The notes below the pieces were generated by a model. It was not told the origin of the DNA, searched no databases, and saw only the letters and a program-made list of their open reading frames with translations. From IMG/VR virus record IMGVR_UViG_3300028666_000022, positions 1-64,000 of that record: a stretch of DNA of 64,000 nt. One strand, given 5' to 3'. How positions within the stretch are numbered: position 1 is the first letter of the stretch; every line of letters begins with the position of its first letter. Positions 42,643 to 54,970 of this stretch are shown piece by piece. Position numbers and translations under genes: made by a program.

Positions 42643-42777
42643 GTTCATTCAAATGAATTAAGACTGGAGTTTAAGAGACTCTAATAAAGGATAAGCCAAC
42701 TAAAATAAAAATGGCTAAAGATAAAATGTCTTTCGAGAAGAAGAGAGGAAGCAGTCAATAAATTTGTTTGAATGAAC
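42643..42777 (+). ncRNA. Candidate multibranch ncRNA
   Basis: 11-bp closing stem GTTCATTCAAA/TTTGAATGAAC; internal GACTG/CAGTC, GAGT/ACTC, AGCCA/TGGCT, AAAGATA/TGTCTTT; begins right after the ECF-type promoter at 42604. Confidence 0.5.
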
Positions 42778-44715
42778 GAATAATTAAAATATGTATTAGT
42801 ATAAATCAAACCAAAATTATTATGTATACAAAAGGAAATTGGACAATAGACGGTTCACAAATAGTATCTGTAGAAAACCATAAAGAAATGGATCAATCAA
42901 ACGAAACTATTTGCGATTTTAATCCCGAAACAGAATATCCAACAGTACACGAAAGAAGTGTAAAAGAATCTTTTGAAAATGCTAAACTTATTTGTAAAGC
43001 TCCACAAATGTATGAAGCTATCAAAGAAGTATTAGATCTATTCGATGGTAATGGTGTTCCAAATATCGAATGGATTAAAAATCGACTTACTGAAAGTATA
43101 TCTTAAAATAAATTAAATCTTATGCGAAGACATAAATTATTATCTGAAATATTTGAACATGCTAAAGTTATTGGAGCAAATACAAATACATTAGCTTTTT
43201 TAATAGCAACAATGACAGATAAAGCACTTACAAAATTTCATAAAGAATTTATGAAAAAACAACCATATAAAGAAAATAACAAATAATCTAATCTTATGTC
43301 AAGATTCATCCTTAGAAACCAAGATAAAATATCAAAAGCTTTAGGTAAGGATTATGTTAAGCTTTTATTAGATAGCCTTAAGGATCATTTTAATTCTAAT
43401 AAGGAAATAGAAGAACATACATATGAGAATCTAAAGTATAAGATAATACACATACAGAATGTACAAAAGAATACTGATTCAATATTTGAGTTTGCAATAG
43501 TAAAGAAAACATTCGATGTTTATACTCTTGCTTATTATTCTTGTATGAGTTAAAAACCTAAAATAAATAATATCATGACTGTAGATGAATTTATAATAGT
43601 ATTACAAAATCTGAATCCTGCTTTAAGAGCAAAGGAAATTGTAATAACTGCACCAAATGGATTACAGTTTGAACCAAAAGTAAAACAACAACTAATTGAA
43701 CCCTATAATATTTTTGGTGGTATTGAAAACGTTAAAAGCATGGTAATAACTTATGAATAAATGTTTATTAACAATGTACATAATTAATACCATAAGAAAA
43801 TGAAATATAATTCAATTGTATTATTAAAAAATAATGAACCAGTTAAACTATTTGATAACTGGTTCAATGCAGGTAAATGGACTGATGAGAATATTAAATC
43901 AGAACATACTTTATATTCATTTAAAAAACTTAATTATTTTAAATCATTATTATACAAATTAGAAATATGGTTATGAATAAAATAAACTTTTCCATGAGTA
44001 GAATGTACAATTATTTTATTTTTTCGAAAACACTAGATAAAATAAAATCAACACTAAGAAGAGATTTAGATTCAAAACTAGAATCAGATCTATTTACTGA
44101 ATTATACTTAAAACTAGATTCAGAATTAGAAGTAGAATTCTATGATGAACTAGATTCAGATATAGCAAGATCTATTTACAAAATTATTTAAATAAAACCA
44201 AATGAAAAATATTTTATTAAAAATTGGCGATACTGTAGAATTATATAATGGAACTAAAGGTACTGTTAGTGCTTTGAACTTAGAAACATATGAAATTGAA
44301 ATATCTAATCCAAATTCATATCCACAATGGTTTCATAAAATGAATATTAAAACCTTAAATAGTAAAGAAGTACTAGCTCAAGATTTAATAATTGAACCTT
44401 ATTTTTTGTAACATTTCAATCTTATCTCACGTATAATATAAAAACAATACTATATGAAAACAATAATTGTAATTTCAATAATTTATCTTATTAGTTTTGT
44501 CGGTGCTTATTTCTTTATTAAAAAAGCATATTCTAAAAATGGTAAATGGTTTGATCTTAATCCAGATTTTGTTGATTTTTTAATTGTTATTTTACCTTTA
44601 AGTAATACAATATTAGGTTTTATGTTTATCTTTGGTGTTTGGAGAAAAGATAGAAAGAAATATGATCATAACCTATCTAAATTCTTTGGAGTTAAAAAAT
44701 TATAATGATATTTAC

Positions 44716-44783
44716 TTTTTTCATAATTGTTTGTTTGGTTTGTTTAACTCCCCTTCGGTTATTGGTTTACCTAGGGGAGTTTT
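44716..44783 (+). ncRNA. Anti-leader element plus terminator, copy 2
   Basis: TTTTTTCATAATTGTTTGTTTGGTTT plus an AACTCCCCT/AGGGGAGTT stem with TATTGGTTT in the loop. Confidence 0.55.
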
Positions 44784-45361
44784 ACTGTTTTAAAAAGATT
44801 TGATGAGATGGTAAATATTGAATACAATAAAAATTTTAACCTTAATTTTATTTTCAATGTCATTGATAATTTATATTTTACTTTAGTTGATTTAGTGCAG
44901 CAAGAAGGTAGAATGATATTTGCTTCTGAATTAGATGAGATAATATAATAACATGTCTTATGAAGAATAAAATATTAGTTGATGCTTTACATCAAAAAGG
45001 AAATTATCTTAATATGGAAAATATTAATTTAAATGTAGATTTAAAAATGAGTTTTGGTGAAGATTTAGAGACATTTCACAGAGAATTTGATGTGGCATTA
45101 TTAATTTCATTATATAATAATTAAATAATTTTATGAAAAATATAATTATTGATATTCTACTAAAAAGAGAACTATGTAAGATGAAAAGTATTATTAATTC
45201 TGTTCGAATGAATGATGATAACATAGAGGATTATTTAAATACTAATTTATATTTAATATTGAAAGCAAACTTAATATTTGAAATAAATAATGACTTTGGT
45301 ATTAATTTAGATACAGAACTAAGTTCTGATATAGATACTGAGTTTTTAAACTAATTGCTAA

Positions 45362-45712
45362 ATGAAAAAGTTTATAATAGACATATACAATAATAAGTTT
45401 CAGTTATATTTGGGTTTTACTTTGGTATCTGAGTCTGGTTTTAGTATTGAGCAACCAGATGAATTTTTTAATGAAAAATATTTTACACTATATGAATTAA
45501 AGACATTAGAGGAATTTCAGAGACAAGGATTTGCAAAATATTTATTATATCAGATATTTGATTATGTAAAGAATGAACTTAGGATTAATATTATTACATT
45601 AATTGTTTATAAAAATAATCATAGTGCAGTAAATTTATATTTAGATAGTGGATTTGAAATATATAATGACTATGATGATTCATATTCACTAATAAAAACT
45701 TTTGTCTTATGA
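45362..45712 (+). CDS. GNAT-family N-acetyltransferase
   Basis: EEFQRQGFAKYLL acetyl-CoA loop; LIVYKNNHSAVNLYLDSGF. Confidence 0.88.
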   Translation: MKKFIIDIYNNKFQLYLGFTLVSESGFSIEQPDEFFNEKYFTLYELKTLEEFQRQGFAKYLLYQIFDYVKNELRINIITLIVYKNNHSAVNLYLDSGFEIYNDYDDSYSLIKTFVL

Positions 45713-48700
45713 AAAATGAAGTTTTAAATAATAGTAATATGTTCTCTAATTTACATATGTTTCATAGTGAATTAGGTACTGACTTAGATTCTGAATTATT
45801 TTATAAAGTTTCAATTAGAAATGAATATGTTGAATTAAATGTTATTTTTTATGAGGAGTTAAATTTTGATAATTAATTAAAATAGATATTATATGAATAA
45901 TATTGAAAATTTAAATAGTTTGGAAAATAATTTATTTTTGTTACATAATAGTTTTAATATATTAACAAATAATACTCTAGATTTAGATTTATACTTTTTC
46001 GTTGATAAAACATTATGTGAAGAAATGGAAGTTGTTATATCATTAATTGAATTAGAATTAAAGTATGAATTACATTAAATAAATTTAGTAATGGTAAATA
46101 TTGAAAAAGAAATTTATTTGAAGAATAGTTATAATTTGTTTATATACTTATTAGAATGTTCTTTAGATTTTAAATTAGATGTTTATTTAAATGATAATTT
46201 ATATAATAATTTGAATGATGAATTAAGAATTGAATTAAGTAATATATTAAACGATGAGTTAAAATAGGTATATGAAAAACAAAGAGATTGTTTTAAAGAA
46301 GAAAGGAAAATTATATTATTCATTTGGTTCTAAAGATATTGATTTAAATGATGGGTTAAATAATATGATTAGAAAATCTATTAATAATAAGCTTTATTTT
46401 GAATTTAATGAATTATATTCTGATATTAATAACAACATAAATGATTTAGATGGTGATTTGTTTCGAGAATTGAGGTAAATATAATATTCGTATTATGATT
46501 AACAAAGTAGAGTTTATATTTCATCATTTAGATATTTTACGTAGTGATTTGACTATTGATTTAGATGATAAATTAAAGTATAATTTTTCTATATTATTAA
46601 GTAGGAATTTATATATTAATTTACGTTTAGATATGAGTAATGAATTTGATGTTGAAATAGAAAATGATATAAAACAATTATAGTTATGCTTAATAAAGTA
46701 ATAAAACTAGAATTAGCTGAATTTTTTGTCTATGGTTTAGGAAACGAAATAGAAAAAGAATTATCTATGACGAACTTATCCTATTGTAATTTAAGTTTAG
46801 AATTATATGATACTATATATGATAATTATAATAATTTGGATGACGAATTAAAGAATGATTTAAATTAATATATTCATATGAAAAACAATAAAACATTAGA
46901 GTTTGAATTAAGAAGTAATTTATATGCTAGATTAAATTCTATGTTTGATTTTAAATTTGATTTAATATGTGAATTAGATAGAAAATATAATTTAGATTTG
47001 AGGCAGGAAATTTTTATTGAATTTGATGATGAATTGACATGGAATGAAATAAATATTATATAAATTGTATGAAAAACATTGAACTTATACATTCATATCC
47101 TTTTACTTATAAATTATATGATCTTACTGATGATTTAATTATAGATACAATAAGCAGTAATTTAAATCATAAAACGTTTGATGATATTAATATAATTGAT
47201 TTAGATGAATTAAGATCAGAACTATCTTTAATATTAGAATAAATATTTATATGGTTAATAAGGAAATAATTGGAGTAAATATAATAGAATTTGATGATTT
47301 ACTTCTTGTTGATTTAAAACAATTAAGGTTTAATGAAATTGAATACGGGCTTGATGATTATATTTATATTAATTTAATTAGAGATGTTTATAATACATTA
47401 CATAATGAATTAGAGATTATATTATGGGATGAAATAGAAATTATATAAATGATATGAAAAATTTTGAAACATGTCTTTTGCTTGAAAGGAAAATAAATCT
47501 GGATATTTATGATTCTTTATATAAAGATATATTAGGTGAAATCAGTTCTGTTTTATATTTTTATACATATGATAATGATTTGAGAATTGAGCTAACAACT
47601 GAATTAAATCGAGAATTAAAGTTTATGTTAGAATAATAAAATAATATGTTTTATGGTTAATAAAGAAATTAAATTAGAATCTATTTCAGAATATTTTAAA
47701 TGGGAAATCACATTAGATTTAGATTTTGCATTAGATTCAAAAGGTAATTTAGTTAAAGACTCTAATGAATTAACAAAAGAATTTAAGATTGAATATCTTG
47801 ATGATATACCTCAAAATTATACCAGAGTTTATCTTTATGGTGTATTTGAAGTAATTAAGGATTGTATTAGATCAAATAAGAAATTTATAAAGTTTAATGA
47901 AGAACCAATACGTGTAATGATTAAAACCACTGATGATTGGTCACCAAATTTTGACAACAACAAAGTAAAATTATCTTATCTTGGATTAATAGCTAAAAAT
48001 ACATATAGAGTATGTATTTGGGGTGCTGATGATTGTGGAATGGAATATGATACTCCAAATAAAAATGATGCAAAAACAATGTTTGAAAAATTAAAACAAC
48101 AAGGAATTGTTACTAAAAAGGAATTGGAAAAATTAAAATTTAATTTTTGTTAAGATATAATATGAAAAATAAAATTCTGATTCTTTGTTTTGATTCAAGT
48201 CTTTTTAGTGAGTTAACTACTGAAACATTACATATTCAGGATCATATATTTGGTTTTAATATGTATGTTGAAATTAATGACTTTGATGATATTTTAGAAT
48301 TAGAATTAAATTTGTAACAAACAAGATTTTAATTAAAAAACAAACATTATGAAAACATTTGGAGAAATTGCTAAAAGTCATGGATTTGATTCTGTTAGTG
48401 ATTTTTATAATAATGTCAATAAAGAAATTAATGTGGCTAAAAATAAATCATTTAATGTTGGCGATAAAGTTAAACTAAAAACAATTTATAATGCCACACA
48501 TTTTGGAAAAGAAAATATATTATCTAAAAACACAACATTTATCATAACCGAAAAAAGTAATTTTACTTTAGATAGTTATAGTATAAAAATTGAAGGTTAT
48601 GATAATTGGTTTTGTGCATCTGTTTTTGAGCTTTGTGTATAATAATTAATAATAGTTTTATTGTATTATTTTAATATTATATTCAATTATTTTGTAACAA

Positions 48701-51272
48701 CTAAAATTTATTCTCGTATACTATAACATAAACCAATAAAAACAAAGGTCATGATAAAGCTAGAAATTTCAAAAGATAAGAAAGAACTTAAGATTGTTCT
48801 ATTAAATAAAGAAGAATTTATTGAAAAATATGGAAATGACAATCCATATCCTGAAATTTGGGATCTATTAGAAGATAGCGGTTATTTAGGTAATGGATAT
48901 TTTGATCTTACAGATCAGGTTGGGTTAACATCTTCTCCAATTATTGGTTACGATATTGACATAGATGATAAAGGAAATTTTGTTGAAGGCGATGTATATT
49001 GGTATCCAGATTATCAAGTAATTAATCCCTTTAGAATTTTATTAGAACAAGGTAAAGTTGTATTTGTAAATTCAGAAAATTAAATTATTATGAATAATAT
49101 ACCTTTTACACCTAATCAACAAATAATCTGGTGTTCAAGTTTTGGTTATGAGATTGGCTATTTTCTTAAAGAAGATCCTAATCAATATTATAAATATGTT
49201 GTTGATTTAGTTACTGGAGTAGTAATTGGTGAAGGTAGTTTTTCTCGATCTGAAATAAAACCATATTCAGAAGAATTAATTAATGAGTTAGCTAATGATT
49301 ATGGCTATATAAAGAAATTTTAAGAAAAATAATTAATAATATGAAAAAATTTGATTTAATATTACCTGAAGATCCAGCTCCAATAAAAATTGGTTCTAAG
49401 GTTGTGTTTATTGATGGAAGTTTTACATTGTCCATCAATAAAGATTCATTTGAATTAACACATGATTCAGTTGGTTTATCCGAAGAAATTTATACTGTTA
49501 TTGCAGTTAATGTTCCATGTCCAACTAAGGAAAGTACAATTGATTGTTTGAATACTCTTAACAATTGTATAGTAAAATCAGATGATGGTGACATTGTTTT
49601 TTGTTCTGAAATAAACATAATGAATATTAGAAAAATTGGTAAATACGAACCACCATTTAATTCAATTTTACCAATTAAACATATATGAAAACAAACAATA
49701 ACATAAAAATTCAATTAGATAATACATTCTTTTATATTGAATCTAAAGAAGAAACATTCAAATGTTTACACCAACATGAATTTAAAGATTGTATTAATAT
49801 ACTCTTAACAAATAAGCAATACGAAGATTATATTTGTGAAGATATAAGAAAATTTGATGTTAATCAAAAGAAATTAGAAAAAATAAAAGAATATCTATCA
49901 GATAATATTTGGAGAAAAAATAAGTAATATTGTAACAAATTATGTTTTATTTCGTATATTATTGAAATAATCAATAAATAATTAATATTATGAAAAACAA
50001 TAACAATTTACAGGTTGCATTAAATGATTATATTAATGATTTGGCTCAAATAAATAATACAATTGATCTTGATGCAGTAGCTAAAGGAGCAATTGAATTT
50101 GCTAACTCTAATGCAGTTAGAGAATATCACACGCAAGAAGATTTCAAGACAATGTACGATGCATTAGAATATCAATTAACTACAATTAAGAATTTGATTG
50201 CATCTAAGCCTGTGAGAGATCTGGATGAAACAATATTGTACAGTGAAAAACTTTTGGAAAAATATAAGAAATAAAATTATGAAAAAAATAATAGCAATAG
50301 TAGGTTTATTAATGATGTTTTTATTAATTTTAGGTTATGTATTGTATGATATGTTCATTGAACCAATTATTACATTGTATAATAAATTTGGATTTAATGG
50401 CATAATAATATTTATTATCATGTGGATTGTTATTATAGTAATATATTACCTTATTTTTAAATTCATTAATTGGGCAATTGATAATGCATAATATTCAAAC
50501 CACAGTATTTCTCGAAAATTATTTTCATAATATAGGATTTAATGATATTTCTTTTGATGATAATTTGGATATTGAAACCAATAATGAATTAAATCATTTT
50601 CTTTATATTGGTTTGACATTTGAACTTGCTTTTGATTTTGATGTTGCAATACAACTTGATTTATGATAAACAAAGAAAATTTTGTTACGGATAATTCTAT
50701 TTTGCATAACCTTGATTTTGATTTGAAAATTCAAATTAATAATGACCTAGCATTAAATATTTCATCGCTTAAACGAAATGAATTAATAGAATTACATAAT
50801 GTTTTAATTCATGAACTTTTTTATTCCGAATAAAATATTATGATTTATGATAAACGAAACGATGCAAGAAAATTTATGTCAAAAATATTTATATAATTTT
50901 GATAATGTCCTAATTTTAGATTTAAACAATATTTTGTGTGATTATACATATAGTAAGTTAAATAATTTATTAATTGATAACATCAATATAGAATTAAGTG
51001 AATTTAATGTGGAATTAAATCCAGTTTTTAAAGAATTTAAGTAATGAAATATGAAAAATAATGTATTAGGTTCAGACGATGAATTAGAAGAGAAATTAAA
51101 TTATTCAATAGCCATGCCACTTGATGTATGGTTAAAAAATAGTATTTTCGATGAATTGGATGATGATGAATTTTTTATAAATTTTAATGATGAAATTGAA
51201 ATAATATTAAAATAATTTTACATATATTTGCAACAACAAAAAATTTAATAATAACTTTAAACTTTTAAAAAA

Positions 51273-52304
51273 ATGAAAACATTAGAAGATTTAACGCCCG
51301 AAATTAAGGCAAAAATTCCTATGTACAAAGAAAGATGTACTAAAGATCTATATTCCGGCGTGGAATATGATAATTTTAATCCTGAACAAAGTACTGCTTA
51401 TGTAGATAAGTTGTATGAGATATGTGGATTTGAAAAACCAGTTGTAATCTTTGCTGATGATCCAAATGATTACAAAAAGAAGTTAAAAGAACTTGAAAAA
51501 GGTAAGAAACTTCAGAAGGTATATGAACAGTATCTTAAGAAGAATAACTTGGAAAACGATGGTACAGTATTCGAAAATTGCAAATATGAGAATAAGTCTC
51601 ATTGGCTTTTCTTGTGTTCATCTTATCATAGAGTGTACCTAATGTGGTACAAGTTTATTCAAGATGAATTTCAAATAGATCATAAGAATAAAGATATTCT
51701 TAATTGGTTGTATGAAAATGCCAATAACAATATCGCTCGTTGTTTCTTTACAAAGATGTTTGTTCTTGTTCTTAGAATGCCTAAATACATTCATAGAAAT
51801 GCAATAGGTTTCCACAGTATAGATGGTGGTGCAATACATTGGCCTAATTATAATATGTATTACATTAATGGTCGTAGAATACCTGAAGATTTGTTCTTAA
51901 AAACAATCAATAAGGAACTTACTTTCGATGAGTTTATTAAGTTAACTGATGAAAATGTTAAGGGTTCATTGATAACTCTTATGAAAGAAAAGTTCGGAAA
52001 TGAATACTTAATGGCATTTCTTAATGCCAAAGTAATTGATGAACAAACTATTAATCATAGTAGTGGTTATAGTGAAGTAGTTAAACTTTGGCACACCAAT
52101 GAGAAATTTAGTTTTCTTGTTGATATTAACGGTGTTGAAAATCAACCTTATTCTTGGTTGGAACTTCATTGCCCCTCAACTGGTTCGATGTTTTTAATTG
52201 ATACCAGTGCTCACTTTGATAATGCAATAGAAGCTTGTAAGTATCATAGACCTCAACAAATTCCTGCTGAATTGAAATATGATTTCAATGAGTTTAACAA
52301 CTAA
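51273..52304 (+). CDS. DUF6745-like protein lacking the usual internal tetrapeptide repeat
   Basis: LTPEIKAKIP.Y.E N-terminus, FEKPVVIFADDP, WYKFI, GFHSIDGGAIHWPNYNMYYINGRRIP, CPSTG..FLI; own TATATTTG promoter at 51223. Family assignment is from recalled motifs. Confidence 0.7.
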   Translation: MKTLEDLTPEIKAKIPMYKERCTKDLYSGVEYDNFNPEQSTAYVDKLYEICGFEKPVVIFADDPNDYKKKLKELEKGKKLQKVYEQYLKKNNLENDGTVFENCKYENKSHWLFLCSSYHRVYLMWYKFIQDEFQIDHKNKDILNWLYENANNNIARCFFTKMFVLVLRMPKYIHRNAIGFHSIDGGAIHWPNYNMYYINGRRIPEDLFLKTINKELTFDEFIKLTDENVKGSLITLMKEKFGNEYLMAFLNAKVIDEQTINHSSGYSEVVKLWHTNEKFSFLVDINGVENQPYSWLELHCPSTGSMFLIDTSAHFDNAIEACKYHRPQQIPAELKYDFNEFNN

Positions 52305-52316
52305 AAAGGTGTTTGA

Positions 52317-52362
52317 AAATAAGGAATTGGATAATGATCTTAAGTTATCCAATTCCTTATTT
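52317..52362 (+). terminator. 18-bp perfect hairpin after the DUF6745-like gene
   Basis: AAATAAGGAATTGGATAA-N10-TTATCCAATTCCTTATTT, overlapping the micro-ORF at 52309. Confidence 0.65.
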
Positions 52363-54598
52363 GATAATTTAAGACTAATGGATGATTTTAATATGTTGAA
52401 TTATGAAGAGCATATTGAATTGGGTAGTGAATTATGTTCCGATATATAATTTCAATGAATTTAACAACTAAAATGAAATTTGAGAATATAGAACTGGATT
52501 ATACTCTTCTGGAATTATCCTCCAGTTCTATGCTCATTGATTTAACTGATACATTTTCTTCAGATTTAGAATTTAGATTATTAACTAAAACAATTATAAT
52601 GTCAAACAGTGAAGAGTTTGTTGAATTAGCCGATAATTTATTTAATGAATTAAAATAATATTATTATGTTTGATAATAAAGAAATAGATAACAGTTTATT
52701 TATTAATATGTTTTCATTTGAAAATGAATTAAGATATAATAAAATATCTAATGATTTAGATAATGTAATAAAAGAATTTGTTTTAAATAGTTTAAGAATT
52801 GAAATGTCTGTTGTATTAGGTTTAGTGTTTTATCTTGAAATAATTAATAATTAAATTCATAATATGAAAAATAATGAAATTGCTAATGAACTAGATATTC
52901 CAATATCTAATATAATCTCTCTAAAGATATGTAAAGAAAACAATAGATTTAGTGCCAATATATCATACAGCAAAATATTTGATTTAATGAATGATGAAAT
53001 ATTTATAGATTTACGTAATGCAATTTATTCTAATATAAGACATGAATAATAAATGAAAAATAATATACTAATAGAAAATGAATTTATTGCTCTAAATAAC
53101 ATGGGTGATAATTTTATTAATGATTTAATAAGTGGATTAAATTTTCATGATGCATTAACTGAGCTACGGTTAATGATAAGAGTTAATGATTTAGAAGAAA
53201 TATTTTTTAAAGATTTTGATTTTTTTAATTAAAAATATAATATAAATAATGAAATTTCAGAATATTGAAATTGTTGATATGTTTTTTAAAAAATCAAATA
53301 TGTTCTTTCAAGATTTAAAATACTCAATTTTAGATCTTAAGTTAGATGGAGAATTATTTGATAAAATTATATTTGAGGGAGATACAACATTATTGAACGA
53401 AATTGCTAATGATTTAGAAGATGAATTAAAATGATTACTGAAACTAAGAACGATATTGAATTAAGAAAAATAAAACTATTGATTGAATCATTATATAATG
53501 ATTTATATATTAATATTCATATTGATTTAATGTTTAAAACCACCGATGAATTATTTGATGGATCATTAGGTGGATTAGAAAATGATATTGATAATGAATT
53601 AAAACAATGAATAATAGTGATATTGCATTAGATTATATGTTATCAAAAAATAATTTTATTTTTAATAATGATTTTAATGTTAAATTAGATATGACACTAC
53701 AACATCAATTAATAAATCAACTTAGAATTAGATTATTTAGTGATTTATTAAATGAAGTTTACGATGAAACAGAAATAATAACCATATGAAAAATTATGAA
53801 ATAAGTAAAATATTATCTTTTAAATTAGAATTTATTTCTGATATAACAGATAGATTTAATTATCATACTCATAAAAATATATATTTAGATTCTCTTGAAT
53901 TAATTGAACTTTTATTAGATGATTTAAATAGTGAGTTACAATTAGATTTAAAATAATAGAATGAAAAATGTTACTCTTGAAGATTTGGATGAAAAAATAA
54001 TATTTCTTGATAATGATTTCGGATTATTTATGATTGAAATTTGCTCATATGGTTTAAATGATTATTTATATAGAGAATTTAATGAACTATTTGCAGATTT
54101 ATTTATAGAGATTAATAACGAAATTCAAATAAATAATTAAATTCATATTATGAAAAATATTGAAATTGCAAACCGAAGGCAAAATATTAAAGCAATTATT
54201 AATTTGGAAGATAAATTACACGATTTTTTATATTCTTTCTTTAATGAAAATGATGAAATAAATATTGATTTACTCAATGAATTAGATCCAATCTTAAAAA
54301 ATAATTTACGAGAAGAGTTATTTAGTTTAAATATTGAAATCTTTATAATAATATAATATTGATTATGAAAAACATTGAAATGCTTTTAGATTTAGAGTTA
54401 AAATTAGATCCTAATTCAGGTACTATATTATTTTTAGAATTAAGATCAGCAGTAAATTCAAAATTATTTAATTTATTCCCTTTTACAGAACAAGAATTAA
54501 TACTATATTTAGATATTGATATTTAATTAAAATTTTTCTTGCGTATTTAAAAATAATAGTATATATTTGCTACATAAAAACAATTTAAAATTAAAAGT

Positions 54599-54970
54599 AT
54601 GAAAATTCTAAAACAAGTAGGTCATCAAGGTGACACACAATGGTTTGCAATAGATGCAGTACCAGAAAATGCTAAGTTGTGTAAGAAACAATTTATTGCA
54701 GCAAGTGAAAAATCAGGCAACGTACATGCTCTTAGTGGAAATTACGATATGTACGAGTATGAGGACGGATTCGTAATTGATGTGAAAGATGATTGCGCAA
54801 TGCTTAATCATACAGCAATATCAGAACTTAACGAAAAAACTTGGAATAATCCTCAAGTACTTCCTCCACGTGATCATAGAAGTTCTGAGATTAAGAAGGG
54901 TGTTTATTTTGTAGGCATTCAAAGAAGGTTTAATCCTTTGAGTAAGCTTATGGAGAAAGTTAAGGATTAA
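54599..54970 (+). CDS. QGD/His-motif beta-rich protein, recalled as the usual DUF6745 partner
   Basis: HQGD, ASEKSGNVHAL, LNH..DH, GVYFVGIQRRF..KVKD; own TATATTTG promoter at 54562. Confidence 0.65.
   Translation: MKILKQVGHQGDTQWFAIDAVPENAKLCKKQFIAASEKSGNVHALSGNYDMYEYEDGFVIDVKDDCAMLNHTAISELNEKTWNNPQVLPPRDHRSSEIKKGVYFVGIQRRFNPLSKLMEKVKD

Larger units (their letters stand above)
43967..48317 (+). repeat. Array 1 of acidic Leu-periodic micro-protein genes (~15 members)
   Basis: Members start at 43967, 44808, 44960, 45133, 45709, 45893, 46091, 46272, 46495, 46686, 46878, 47069, 47251, 47454 and 48162, plus an N-terminal fusion at 47653. Typical N-terminus M-[KVILN]-N, 51-74 aa. Confidence 0.8.
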
